Assembly: GCA_963803705.1 (NCBI GenBank)
Contig: CAWDNU010000001.1
Span: forward strand, 192,001 to 256,000
Source: an uncultured Pseudobdellovibrionaceae bacterium
GTDB taxonomy: Bacteria > Bdellovibrionota > Bdellovibrionia > Bdellovibrionales > UBA1609
Direction of reading: 5' to 3'
DNA: 64,000 bases
Both the position numbers and the translations under genes were made by a program. The notes under the pieces were generated by a model. The model was not told where the DNA came from and ran no database searches. It saw only the letters and a program-made list of their open reading frames with translations. Shown here in pieces: positions 1 to 11,965 of this stretch; the stretch's first letter is position 1; each line of letters opens with the position of its first letter.

Positions 1-572
1 GGCACCAATTCCGTAAAAACACCCAACACCATGTGATCAGCGACCATGTTAGCTTTTAACCTAAGCCCCAAGGTCACCGGGCGAACAATATGTGAAAACA
101 ATTCTACTACGAATATTGCTGGTGCTAACCACCAAATTGGACCCATAAATTGCTTAAAATATGACAAACCATGAACGTAAAAGCCAAAACCGTTGTAAAC
201 AACAAAAATAAAAAGCCCTACAGCCATTCCTGTATTAATATTTTCAGTTGCTGGAGCCATGCCTGGGAACAGACCAAAAATATTATTTATAAAAATAAAA
301 AAGAAGATCGTAGTGAACATCGGAACAAAGGCCCTGCCTTCGTGACCAATGACCGTTTCAGCTAAAGAGGCGTTGAACTCTGTAAGCTGCTCGAATACGC
401 CCTTTAACGAGAAGCCCTTGGCCGGCACGACAGATTCTTTACCTTGGCCCAAGGCCAAGCGACCTAAAGAAGCAAGAACGAACATAAGGCTAACTGAAAT
501 GACAGACGTGGCTATATGAACATTGGCGTGCGTAACACCAGGAACTTGTTCAACCCAATTAAATGCAGACAT
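1..572 (-). CDS. atpB: ATP synthase F0 subunit a, 3' end outside the window
   Basis: Manual translation from ATG at 572 gives MSAFNWVEQVPG...NNIFGLFPG...ELFSHIVRPVTLGLRLKANMVADH, which includes the conserved Arg motif of subunit a. Not in the ORF track. Confidence 0.93.
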   Translation of the reverse strand, partial: MSAFNWVEQVPGVTHANVHIATSVISVSLMFVLASLGRLALGQGKESVVPAKGFSLKGVFEQLTEFNASLAETVIGHEGRAFVPMFTTIFFFIFINNIFGLFPGMAPATENINTGMAVGLFIFVVYNGFGFYVHGLSYFKQFMGPIWWLAPAIFVVELFSHIVRPVTLGLRLKANMVADHMVLGVFTELV

Positions 573-604
573 TAATATCACCCAAAATTATAACTTTACT
601 CTGT

Positions 605-931
605 TTATAAATTTCTATAACTCAAAATTACTAAACAAGGCAATACAATTAACACACCAACAAGAAAAGAATGCATATGGTATTCAGGCATCTTAAAAAG
701 AAAATAAATTGCACCGATGGTAATAGGCACCTTGGCGGATAAAACCAGAATGCCCACAATAGGATTACCACCCCATAATAGTAGTTTGACTGATAGGTAT
801 GTAGTGGTTCCTAAAAAAAACATCAGCAAAGTGCCCAGGCATAGGCTTAAGTTAGATTTTGTGAAATAAACAGCTAATAGAAGTTGGGCAGTGAAAACTA
901 CAAAAACAATTAAAAAATTAAGTCTAACCAT
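605..931 (-). CDS. atpI: ATP synthase protein I-like membrane protein
   Basis: Four hydrophobic segments, directly upstream of atpB. ATG at 931 is preferred over the track's TTG at 961 because it avoids overlap with the upstream small ORF. Confidence 0.65.
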   Translation of the reverse strand: MVRLNFLIVFVVFTAQLLLAVYFTKSNLSLCLGTLLMFFLGTTTYLSVKLLLWGGNPIVGILVLSAKVPITIGAIYFLFKMPEYHMHSFLVGVLIVLPCLVILSYRNL

Positions 932-938
932 TTTTGCA

Positions 939-1196
939 CTATTTTCTAGCATCTTTATCAATACTATTTAAAGTAACCACGACTCTATAAATCCACAGAC
1001 CGGTAAACAGAAATATAAAAATGGCGACTCCTAAGCCTTTTAAGTCTATTTTCGATTCAACCCATCTTCCTATAATGACAGCCAGAATTACATAAACTAA
1101 AATTTCGAATGCCAGCGAGGATAGCTTTGTATAGGTCTTTAATGACGACTTATTACCAGCCTCGATCTTGAACCTATCTTCTTCTTTTTTGTCCAG
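939..1196 (-). CDS. AtpZ/AtpI-family small two-TM protein (start uncertain, possibly CTG)
   Basis: Open frame LDKKEEDRFKIEAGNKSSLKTYTKLSSLAFEILVYVILAVIIGRWVESKIDLKGLGVAIFIFLFTGLWIYRVVVTLNSIDKDARK*. Two TM helices linked by G-x-W-x-E, positioned before atpI-atpB. Confidence 0.6.
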   Translation of the reverse strand: MDKKEEDRFKIEAGNKSSLKTYTKLSSLAFEILVYVILAVIIGRWVESKIDLKGLGVAIFIFLFTGLWIYRVVVTLNSIDKDARK

Positions 1197-2007
1197 TGGG
1201 ACCCCCGGGTTGAAGCTCTAATCTCTTTTGCATTTTTTCAATCTGGCTTTCTATAAAAATTGCAGCTACTGGATCCTTATTTTCATTTTTGTATCTATTT
1301 AACGCATCTAAGGCCTGCTGATATTGATTACTTTCACGGTAAGCTACAGATAGTAGAATTGGGATCTGCTGTTTATTAGATTCTTTTGGAAAAACTTCGA
1401 TGGCCTCTTTTAAGGGTATTACAGCCTCGATATATTTTAGCAAGCCCATCAATGCCTGTGAATGTAGAATTGATGCCTCGACAAATTTCTCTTTGCTTAG
1501 AATCTTGTTAGTAGCCTTCTGGTCTTTATTTAGGCTCTCAATCTCTGTAATTGATTGCTGATACTCTCGTTTATAATAGTACGACCGACTAATCTTAACT
1601 TTGGATTCAACACAAAGTAACTGGTCCGTGCAATTTTCTACGACTTCTGAGTAATGAGTTAAAGCATTTTCATAGTCTTGTAGATGGGTGAAATAAATAT
1701 TGCCTATTTTAAAATGATAGGATTCAAGCTCTTTTCTTGAGGACGCCAGAGGTAACAGCTCGTTCAAACTATTTATTGCGCAATTAAAGTCTTGTAGTTT
1801 TCTTTCGCAAATATCTGCTACAAGCTTTAAAGCCTCGACTTTTTGACCCTTGGTCTTAGCCTTGCTAATAGCCTTCATTGTCAGATTCAAGGCGTCTGTT
1901 GGCTTATCCTGTGCGGAAAGCTTTTTTGCCTTATCGATAGTTGATTCAAATGAAGAGCAAGATATCAAAAAAATAAGAATTAAAAGAATAGGGCTAAGCT
2001 TCTTCAT
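1174..2007 (-). CDS. TPR-repeat lipoprotein
   Basis: Lipobox-like FLISC after a hydrophobic signal peptide, followed by repeated TPR-like helical pairs. Confidence 0.75.
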   Translation of the reverse strand: MKKLSPILLILIFLISCSSFESTIDKAKKLSAQDKPTDALNLTMKAISKAKTKGQKVEALKLVADICERKLQDFNCAINSLNELLPLASSRKELESYHFKIGNIYFTHLQDYENALTHYSEVVENCTDQLLCVESKVKISRSYYYKREYQQSITEIESLNKDQKATNKILSKEKFVEASILHSQALMGLLKYIEAVIPLKEAIEVFPKESNKQQIPILLSVAYRESNQYQQALDALNRYKNENKDPVAAIFIESQIEKMQKRLELQPGGPTGQKRRR

Positions 2008-2015
2008 TTTTTAAT

Positions 2016-4487
2016 CTATTGATCTGCCTGTTCTAAGTCATTCACTTCACCATCATCGTCCTGGATCAAAGCAACTCCTGTTACGTGTTCCCCTACGTTG
2101 AGATTAATAACTCTAACTCCCTGGGTGTTTCTACCGTAAATAGAAATATCTTTAACTTTAGTTCTAATGGTTTGGCCTTCATTTGTGGTCACTAAAATAT
2201 TGTCAGTCTCTTGAACCTTTTTGACACTTACAACTTCACCTACTTTATCTGTGATTTTTTGAGTGATTATTCCAACCCCACCTCTGGATTGTTTTCTATA
2301 TTCGTCCAAAGCTGTTCGTTTACCGTAACCCTTCTTGGTGATAATTAGAATTGTGGCTGTGTCTTCTGCATCTATAACCTCTGCTCCAACTACTTCGTCA
2401 CCTTTACCTAAGGTTATGCCTTTCACACCTCTGGCAGATCTTCCCATAGGCCTTGCATTACTTTCATCGAATCGTATAGACATTCCTTTTTTAGTGACAA
2501 TCACCACTTCGTTTTTGCCGTTTGTCATACGACTGTTCACAAGATTATCATCAAGGTCGATCTTGACCGCGATAAGACCTGATGGTCTTGGTCTGGAAAA
2601 TTCGGCAAGTGACGTTTTCTTTATAATTCCTTTTTTTGTTACTGAGATGACAAAGCAGTCCGGGTCAAATGTATCAACAGGCAATATCGCATTAACATTT
2701 TCACCCTGAGCAAACTGAACAATATTGTTAATAGATCGTCCTTTTGCGGTCCGACTTCCTTTTGGAACTCTATAAGCTTTCAACCAATAAAGTTTTCCTT
2801 TATCAGAATAGACTAGCAAAGTCGTATGAGTTGTGACGCTAAATACCTCTGACACAAAGTCAGCTTCTTTTGCTCCGCTGCCCTTTAGCCCTTTGCCTCC
2901 TCTTCGCTGAACACGATATTCGTCAAGATCTATACGCTTGATGTAACCCGTATTAGTTAAAGAGATAATTACATCTTCCTCGGCAATTAGGTCTTCGTCA
3001 TCAATTTCTTCGTTGGCCTCTTCGATGACAGTAAGTCTTGGATTGGCATATTTACTTTTAATTTCTGTAAGCTCTTCCGAAATTATTTTATAAACTTCAT
3101 TTACATCTGACAAAACTTTTTTTAACCATTCGACAGTTTTTAAAATCTGAGTGAGTTCATCTTCAATTTTATCTCTTTCTAATCCAGTTAGTCTTTGTAG
3201 CCTCATCTCTAAAATTGCTTGAGACTGCCTTTCTGAGAAAGAAAATTGGCTTATCAAATTTTGTTTAGCCAATGCGGTCTCTTTAGAAGCTCTTATTGTT
3301 TTAATTACTTCGTCAATTTGATCAAGCGCACGTTTTAGACCTTCTAAAATATGTGCTCTTGCTTCAGCTTTTTTAAGATCAAAAATTGAACGACGCGTAA
3401 CAACGTCTCTTCTGTGTTCAACGAAGGCTTCTAAAACTTGTTTTAAGTTAAAAACTTTAGGTTGGTTTCTTGCATCTAAAGCCAAGGTTATTATACCAAA
3501 GCTCACTTGCATCTGGGTGAATTTGTAAAGCTGATTTAATATAACTTGTCCGTTTTCGCCACGCTTAACTTTGATAACAATTCGCATACCTTCACGGCTT
3601 GATTCATCTCGAATGTCGGTAATACCTTCTATCTTTTTATCCCTAACTAAATTAGCAATAGATTCGATCAATCGCGCTTTGTTAACTTGATAAGGGATTT
3701 CTGTGACTACAATGAATTCTTGGTCTTTCTTGATTTCTATTTCTGCAACTGATTTTAAAGTTATTACGCCCCGACCAGTTTTGTAAGCCTGCAAAATTCC
3801 CTTTCTTCCAGAAATTATTCCGTGGGTGGGAAAATCAGGACCTGGTATGAGCTCGATCAGTTCATCTAATGAACTGTCAGGATTTTCAATAAGTCTTAGG
3901 CAACCATCAATGACTTCACCTAAATTGTGCGGAGGGATATTTGTAGCCATCCCAACCGCGATACCAGAGCTGCCGTTAACCAGAAGATTTGGGTACTTAG
4001 CAGGAAGTACTGTAGGAATCATCAAAGAATCATCATAGTTAGGTACAAAATCTACTGTGTCTTTGTTGATATCTTGCAGCAGTTCTTCAGCAAGCTTTGT
4101 CATACGGACTTCTGTGTAACGTTGTGCTGCAGGGCTGTCCCCGTCTATAGAGCCAAAGTTACCTTGGCCATCAATCAAGCATTCTCGCATTGAAAACTCT
4201 TGAGCCATACGGACCATCGTATCGTAAACTGCTGTGTCACCATGTGGGTGATACTTCCCAATCACATCTCCAACAACTCGGGCAGATTTTTTGTATGGTT
4301 TATCATGCGTATTTTTTAGATCATTCATTGCAAATAAGATTCTTTTATGAACAGGCTTTAAACCATCTCGCACATCAGGAAGTGCTCGGCCAACTATGAC
4401 ACTCATAGAGTATTGTAAGTAAGCTTCTTTCATCTCTTTATTTATATCAACGTTTATTACATTTGAAATTGAATTGGTATTGTCCAT
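2016..4487 (-). CDS. gyrA: DNA gyrase subunit A
   Basis: RALPDVRDGLKPV, YHPHGD, AAQRYTE catalytic Tyr and the GyrA-box QRRGGKG. Confidence 0.99.
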   Translation of the reverse strand: MDNTNSISNVINVDINKEMKEAYLQYSMSVIVGRALPDVRDGLKPVHKRILFAMNDLKNTHDKPYKKSARVVGDVIGKYHPHGDTAVYDTMVRMAQEFSMRECLIDGQGNFGSIDGDSPAAQRYTEVRMTKLAEELLQDINKDTVDFVPNYDDSLMIPTVLPAKYPNLLVNGSSGIAVGMATNIPPHNLGEVIDGCLRLIENPDSSLDELIELIPGPDFPTHGIISGRKGILQAYKTGRGVITLKSVAEIEIKKDQEFIVVTEIPYQVNKARLIESIANLVRDKKIEGITDIRDESSREGMRIVIKVKRGENGQVILNQLYKFTQMQVSFGIITLALDARNQPKVFNLKQVLEAFVEHRRDVVTRRSIFDLKKAEARAHILEGLKRALDQIDEVIKTIRASKETALAKQNLISQFSFSERQSQAILEMRLQRLTGLERDKIEDELTQILKTVEWLKKVLSDVNEVYKIISEELTEIKSKYANPRLTVIEEANEEIDDEDLIAEEDVIISLTNTGYIKRIDLDEYRVQRRGGKGLKGSGAKEADFVSEVFSVTTHTTLLVYSDKGKLYWLKAYRVPKGSRTAKGRSINNIVQFAQGENVNAILPVDTFDPDCFVISVTKKGIIKKTSLAEFSRPRPSGLIAVKIDLDDNLVNSRMTNGKNEVVIVTKKGMSIRFDESNARPMGRSARGVKGITLGKGDEVVGAEVIDAEDTATILIITKKGYGKRTALDEYRKQSRGGVGIITQKITDKVGEVVSVKKVQETDNILVTTNEGQTIRTKVKDISIYGRNTQGVRVINLNVGEHVTGVALIQDDDGEVNDLEQADQ

Positions 4488-6935
<2,448 letters not shown>

Positions 6936-6950
6936 CTACACTTTTGGTAA

Positions 6951-8090
6951 TCACTTATCTAAGTTTAGAATTCTGCCGTCTTCTATTTTGAACTGACTGT
7001 GAGGACCCATGGATTTTTCCATATTGTTCGACTTATCTGTTGTTGTGATTACTATTTGTGAATTTATACTTTTTAAAAAGTCCACAAGCCTAATCCTCTT
7101 CTTTTCATCCAATTCAGACATTACATCATCGAGCAACAAAACGGGTCTTTCTTTTCTAACATGAAACCTATATAAAACTTCTGCTATCTTGAAAGCGATT
7201 ATTAAACCACGCTGTTGGCCTTGTGAACAATAATAACGCGAGTCCTTCCCGTTCAGAATAAACTCAACCTCGTGCTTGTGTGGACCCACAAGGCTATACC
7301 CAGTGGCAAGTTCAGCTTCGTAAAGTCTTTTAAGTCCAAGGTTCAAATTTTCGGTGATTTTTTGAGCATCGTACTCCTTAATTTCAGTTTTTGATGCGAT
7401 GTATCTAAAGCTGAAGCTAGTTTGCTCTCCAAACATAAAATTTGTCGCATCTTGAATGTAAGGTTCAAACTTTTTCAAAAAGAATAACCTTAGTTCTATA
7501 AGGTCCAAAGCTTGCTTTAAAAAAATATCATTTAATGCTTCCAGTACCTGTCGAACCTGGGAAATATTTTTTAATCCTTTCTTAATATCACTTAATACTT
7601 TGTTACGGGCTCTTAATATTTTCTTATACTGAGAAACTGACTTTGAAAATTCAGGCAAACTTTCAATAAACTCATCAATAAGCTGCCTCCTTTCAGAAGG
7701 ACCATTTTTTATGGCGGACAGACTTTCTGGACTAAACAGCACAATCGGACAAATTGTTGATATCTTTGTTGAAATTGTGCGTTTCTGATTTAACCAAACC
7801 GTTTTCTTATCGTTTTTTAATTCTATTTTTAAATAATTATTAACGAAATTTAAATCTAGAAAATTTGATTTTATAACAGTATTTAGTGACCCTTCTAGTG
7901 TTTCGTTTAAACAATGGGTAATATCTAGGGTTCTAAATGATTTACCCTTAGAGAATAAATATAAGCTTTCTAAAAAGTTTGTTTTACCCTGAGCATTTTC
8001 TCCATAAAAAATATTTACACCGTTTTCTAATAAGATCTCTTCTTTCTTAAAATTTCTAAAACTTTGTAATTCAACTTTTTGGAACGACAT
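6951..8090 (-). CDS. recF: DNA replication/repair protein RecF
   Basis: GENAQGKTN Walker A, SQGQQR and LLLDDVMSELD motifs; lies between dnaN and gyrB. Confidence 0.97.
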   Translation of the reverse strand: MSFQKVELQSFRNFKKEEILLENGVNIFYGENAQGKTNFLESLYLFSKGKSFRTLDITHCLNETLEGSLNTVIKSNFLDLNFVNNYLKIELKNDKKTVWLNQKRTISTKISTICPIVLFSPESLSAIKNGPSERRQLIDEFIESLPEFSKSVSQYKKILRARNKVLSDIKKGLKNISQVRQVLEALNDIFLKQALDLIELRLFFLKKFEPYIQDATNFMFGEQTSFSFRYIASKTEIKEYDAQKITENLNLGLKRLYEAELATGYSLVGPHKHEVEFILNGKDSRYYCSQGQQRGLIIAFKIAEVLYRFHVRKERPVLLLDDVMSELDEKKRIRLVDFLKSINSQIVITTTDKSNNMEKSMGPHSQFKIEDGRILNLDK

Positions 8091-8101
8091 CAGGTATTAA
8101 C

Positions 8102-9223
8102 TTAAATTCTCATAGGCATGACTATGCACTTATAGTCATTATCTAAGGTTGGTTTAATGAGCCCTGGTGACAATTGGTCGTTCAGCGAGATCGAAAGGTT
8201 TTCATCGTCGAAACTGGACAAGATATCCAGAACATATCTTGCGTTGAAGCCTATTTTTATATTTTCACCTTTATAATTAATTTCTATTTCTTCCTTAGCG
8301 TCGCCCATTTCTGGATTGTTTGATGTGATTTCCATCTTTCCATCAGTTAAAGAAAACGTAACTCCTTTAGATTTTTGATTGGATAGAAGTGAAACTCTTT
8401 TTAAAGAAGAAAGCAAATTTTCTCTGGGAACTTCAAGTGATAAACCAAGTTTTTGTGGAATAAGTTGCTGATAATTTGGATATTTGCCTTCAATTAGTCT
8501 TATAAATAAATACGTCTTGTTAGATCTCACTATCAGCTGAGCACCTTCAACCGCCATCTCTAAGTCGCCATCCGTTAAATCTAATATCTTCTTTAATTCG
8601 TGCAATCCTTTTTTAGGAATAATTATTCCAGATCCTAGATCAAAACTTTCAGATATCTTATCTATTTCCCTATCAACCAAACTTAATCTGTGGCCGTCTG
8701 TAGCAACCATTCTAAAATACTTTTTATTGTCCTTACTCTGCTTTTCAAAAAAAACCCCGTTCAAATGGTATCTAGTTTCATCATTCGAAACACTATAAAT
8801 TGTTTTTTCAATCATTTCGGACATTACAGCTGAATTAATTTTTGTGAATTTATCTGTGGATAGTGTTGGAAAGACTGGGTACTCCTCTGGATTCAGTCCT
8901 ACAATATTAAATACACTTTTCCCCTGAGATATTTCTATCCAATGATTCTTCTTTTTTTCAAAAGATACAAGTCCATCAGGAAGTTCTTTTAAAATATCAA
9001 AGAGACTTTTTGCGTTTATTACAGCTTTTCCTTCTTCTTTGACTTCACATACAACTTCGTCTGTTAGACTGACTTCTAGATCTGTTGCGTATATTTTCAA
9101 AGTATTATTCTGAGACTCAAGAAGTACATTTACTAACACTTGCATAGTATTTCTTTTTTCGACAACATTTTGGGCTTTTGAAATAAGGTTTAAGAATTCC
9201 TTTTTATCTACCTGAATTTTCAT
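8102..9223 (-). CDS. dnaN: DNA polymerase III beta clamp
   Basis: ATDLE, VATDGHRL and C-terminal VMPMRI; downstream of dnaA. Confidence 0.99.
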   Translation of the reverse strand: MKIQVDKKEFLNLISKAQNVVEKRNTMQVLVNVLLESQNNTLKIYATDLEVSLTDEVVCEVKEEGKAVINAKSLFDILKELPDGLVSFEKKKNHWIEISQGKSVFNIVGLNPEEYPVFPTLSTDKFTKINSAVMSEMIEKTIYSVSNDETRYHLNGVFFEKQSKDNKKYFRMVATDGHRLSLVDREIDKISESFDLGSGIIIPKKGLHELKKILDLTDGDLEMAVEGAQLIVRSNKTYLFIRLIEGKYPNYQQLIPQKLGLSLEVPRENLLSSLKRVSLLSNQKSKGVTFSLTDGKMEITSNNPEMGDAKEEIEINYKGENIKIGFNARYVLDILSSFDDENLSISLNDQLSPGLIKPTLDNDYKCIVMPMRI

Positions 9224-9244
9224 ATTTTTTGTTCCTTTAATTCC

Positions 9245-9471
9245 CTATATCTATATATATAAATAATAGTAATAGTAGTAGGGGCTGTTAGTATGCATAA
9301 AACTGAATTAACCTGTTGTAATTGCTAATAAAACTCTGTGGATAATCAACTGTACAATTTCGTCTTAACTTGCCACTTATCCACGGGTGAACATTACCCA
9401 CAAAGTTATACCTTAGATATCAACAACGCTATCCACAATAAACATTCACAGACCTGTGATGTTGTGGATAG
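9245..9471. promoter_or_regulatory. Chromosomal replication origin oriC (dnaA-dnaN intergenic)
   Basis: Perfect DnaA box TGTGGATAA at 9337-9345. Near-consensus boxes TTATCCACG 9377-9385, TTACCCACA 9394-9402, CTATCCACA 9429-9437 and TGTGGATAG 9463-9471. DnaA-trio run (TAA/TAG) at about 9264-9281, next to GGGGC and an AT-rich unwinding element. Confidence 0.9.
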
Positions 9472-10891
9472 AGGTCTCTAAGTCTTCGATATCACTTGAT
9501 AAATCTGGATCTTTAATGCGTTGACTCTCAATTCTTTTGATCGCATTTATAACAGTTGTGTGATCCTTGCCACCGAAGGCTCTACCGATCTCGACAAGTG
9601 ATTTATCCAAATGTTTTTTAATTAAATACATAGCAACTTGTCGTGCTGTCACGATTGGTTTGGTCCTTGATTTAGCCTTCAATTCTTGAATCCTGATTTT
9701 ATAATGTTCAGAAACTATTTTTTGAATATCCTCTATAGACAGGGCCTGCTGTTCGATGTGTGCAGCTAAAACCTTTTTGCACAATTCTAAATCGATAGAG
9801 TCACCATTCAGGTCAGAGTAAATTCTTACTTTGTTTAAATTACCCTCTAATTCACGAATTGATCGCTTAGAAATTTTAGCTAAGTAGTTTACAACTTCGT
9901 TAGACAGTTTTACCTTTTGTTCTTCGGCTTTGTATCTAAGTATAGCAACCCTTGTCTCAACATCGGGCATCTGGATGTCAGCTATAAGGCCCCATTCAAG
10001 GCGAGTGCGTATCCTGTCTTCCAAGCCTTTAATATCTTTAGGCATTCTGTCACTTGCTACCACAACTTGCCTCTTGGTTTCCAGATATTCGTTCAGCGTG
10101 TGAAAGAACTCTTCCTGAACAGCTTCCCCGCGCCCTAAGATCTGAATGTCATCAACCAACAACATATCTGCCTGATCACGGTATTTCTGCCTAAATTTAT
10201 GCATTTCCCCGCGTCGAATACTGGAGATACATTCGTTCAAAAATCTCTCAGCGGAGACATAACAGATTTTAATGCCCGGGCTCTTTGTTACTATATGAGT
10301 TCCTACCGCATTAATTAGATGAGTCTTACCCATACCTGTTGGTCCGCAGATAAATAATGGGTTGTAACGTCTTGATGCTGGATTTTCTGCTACGCTGTAG
10401 CAGGCAGCGTGGGCGAATTCATTATTGCGACCTACAACAAAACTTGAAAATGTGTAAGAGGGATCTAAATTATCAGAACTATTTTGTTTTGGATTATCGC
10501 TATAATTTCTAAAACTTAGATTAGGCTTGCTATTTGGATTGTTATAGGTTTTCGACTGATGTTGTTTTAGAGTCGACGCTAAAGACTGGCTTACTTCGAC
10601 GTCTTCATTGTTTTTTTGAGTTATTTTAGGATCAACGACAATTTTAACCTCAAAATTATTGCTATAAAACTGAGATATCTCCTGTCTGATCTGAGACATA
10701 AAATTCTGTGAAATCCAATACTCATGCAAATCAGTAGGAACTCCTAGTTCGAATTCTAGATCCCCGTCTTGATCATTGATTTTTAGTAATTCTGTAGGAA
10801 CTAGCCATAAATTTAATGGTCTATTATCAACACTTTTGTTTTGGAGATTCTTTTTCACCTTTTCCCAAAAATCATGATAATCAAGTTGCAA
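9446..10891 (-). CDS. dnaA: Chromosomal replication initiator DnaA
   Basis: YNPLFICGPTGMGKTHL, VDDIQ, QEEFFHTLN and FGGKDHTTV motifs. Confidence 0.99.
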   Translation of the reverse strand: MQLDYHDFWEKVKKNLQNKSVDNRPLNLWLVPTELLKINDQDGDLEFELGVPTDLHEYWISQNFMSQIRQEISQFYSNNFEVKIVVDPKITQKNNEDVEVSQSLASTLKQHQSKTYNNPNSKPNLSFRNYSDNPKQNSSDNLDPSYTFSSFVVGRNNEFAHAACYSVAENPASRRYNPLFICGPTGMGKTHLINAVGTHIVTKSPGIKICYVSAERFLNECISSIRRGEMHKFRQKYRDQADMLLVDDIQILGRGEAVQEEFFHTLNEYLETKRQVVVASDRMPKDIKGLEDRIRTRLEWGLIADIQMPDVETRVAILRYKAEEQKVKLSNEVVNYLAKISKRSIRELEGNLNKVRIYSDLNGDSIDLELCKKVLAAHIEQQALSIEDIQKIVSEHYKIRIQELKAKSRTKPIVTARQVAMYLIKKHLDKSLVEIGRAFGGKDHTTVINAIKRIESQRIKDPDLSSDIEDLETSIHNITGL

Positions 10892-10992
10892 GCATCCCCC
10901 TAACTTAAACGTGTATTGTGAGCATCACTAAATAACCAAAACAATCGAGTATTTCGAGGTATTTTTGAAGAGCTATATTTGTTAGCACGCCC

Positions 10993-11001
10993 TGTGGATA
11001 A
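10993..11001. promoter_or_regulatory. DnaA box in the dnaA/rpmH divergent promoter region
   Basis: Perfect TGTGGATAA. On the minus strand it abuts a TTGACT -35-like hexamer, consistent with dnaA autoregulation. Confidence 0.75.
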
Positions 11002-11174
11002 GTCAAACACCTTGACCTGAGGTTCTGCAATGTGATTAATTGCGTCTTTACTCGATTGGGTCTAGTAGCAAGCCCGATTGAAACTCAAATAGATTGTATG
11101 CGGTTTCGCTTAATTTATGCATGTAAAGTCCCGGTAGCTAAAAACTATAAGGCTGGGACTGAAAGGAGAATATT

Positions 11175-11324
11175 GTGAAAAGGACGTATCAACCAAGTCG
11201 GAAAAAAAGAAAATCTACTCATGGTTTTAGAGCGCGAATGGAAACTAAAAGTGGTAGAGACGTTTTATCACGTCGAAGAGCTAAAGGAAGAAAAAGGTTA
11301 ACTGTTGCCGTTGGTGGAAAATAA
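11175..11324 (+). CDS. rpmH: 50S ribosomal protein L34
   Basis: GTG start after [55 protein letters not shown]. Too short for the ORF track. Confidence 0.97.
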   Translation: MKRTYQPSRKKRKSTHGFRARMETKSGRDVLSRRRAKGRKRLTVAVGGK

Positions 11325-11667
11325 GTCACTTTTTGTACTAAAAAATTCTAAAGATTTTGAAATTTTAAAGTCTAAATGTTCGAAAGTTTTCTTAGAAAAA
11401 AAAATACTTGTTTGTTATTTTCCAAATAATCTAGGTTACCATCGTTTCGGCTGGACCCTTCCAAGATCTGTGGGAAATGCGGTGCTAAGAAATAGAATGA
11501 AACGATACGCTAGAGAGTTTTTTAGGTCACAAAATCACCTTATTTCCAATTCTAAACTTGATGTTAACTTAGTCTTTCTAAAAAGCGGTTCTCATCAGCT
11601 CAAAAAAATGGATTATAATGAGTTTCAAAAATTGCTTTTGCCATGTTGGCAAAAAATTACAATCTAA
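11305..11667 (+). CDS. rnpA: Ribonuclease P protein component
   Basis: [16 protein letters not shown] (RNR motif), follows rpmH. The true start may be GTG at 11314. Confidence 0.93.
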   Translation: MPLVENKSLFVLKNSKDFEILKSKCSKVFLEKKILVCYFPNNLGYHRFGWTLPRSVGNAVLRNRMKRYAREFFRSQNHLISNSKLDVNLVFLKSGSHQLKKMDYNEFQKLLLPCWQKITI

Positions 11668-11965
11668 TCTGTTCAACACCTTGAACCCCTCGTTATTTTT
11701 AAGATCGCTTGCTCTATTTTTGATTGGATTTTACAGATCTTTGCTAACAGCTCATATGGGTGCTGGCGTTTGCAGGTTCGAACCTTCGTGCTCTACATAT
11801 GCTAATGAAGCATTCCTCAAATACCCTTTCTTTCTAGCCCTTAAACTTACCTTTTGCCGTTTCATAAAATGCAGACCGGGTTCAAGTTTCGGTTTTGATC
11901 CATTGCCCGCTATTGGACCTAATTCACCGGTGAAGCCTCAGGAGAATTCTAATGAACTCAAATAA
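11618..11965 (+). CDS. yidD: Membrane protein insertion efficiency factor YidD
   Basis: CRFEPSCSTYA and RFIKCRP...GFDPLP motifs; lies between rnpA and yidC. Confidence 0.92.
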   Translation: MSFKNCFCHVGKKLQSNLFNTLNPSLFLRSLALFLIGFYRSLLTAHMGAGVCRFEPSCSTYANEAFLKYPFFLALKLTFCRFIKCRPGSSFGFDPLPAIGPNSPVKPQENSNELK

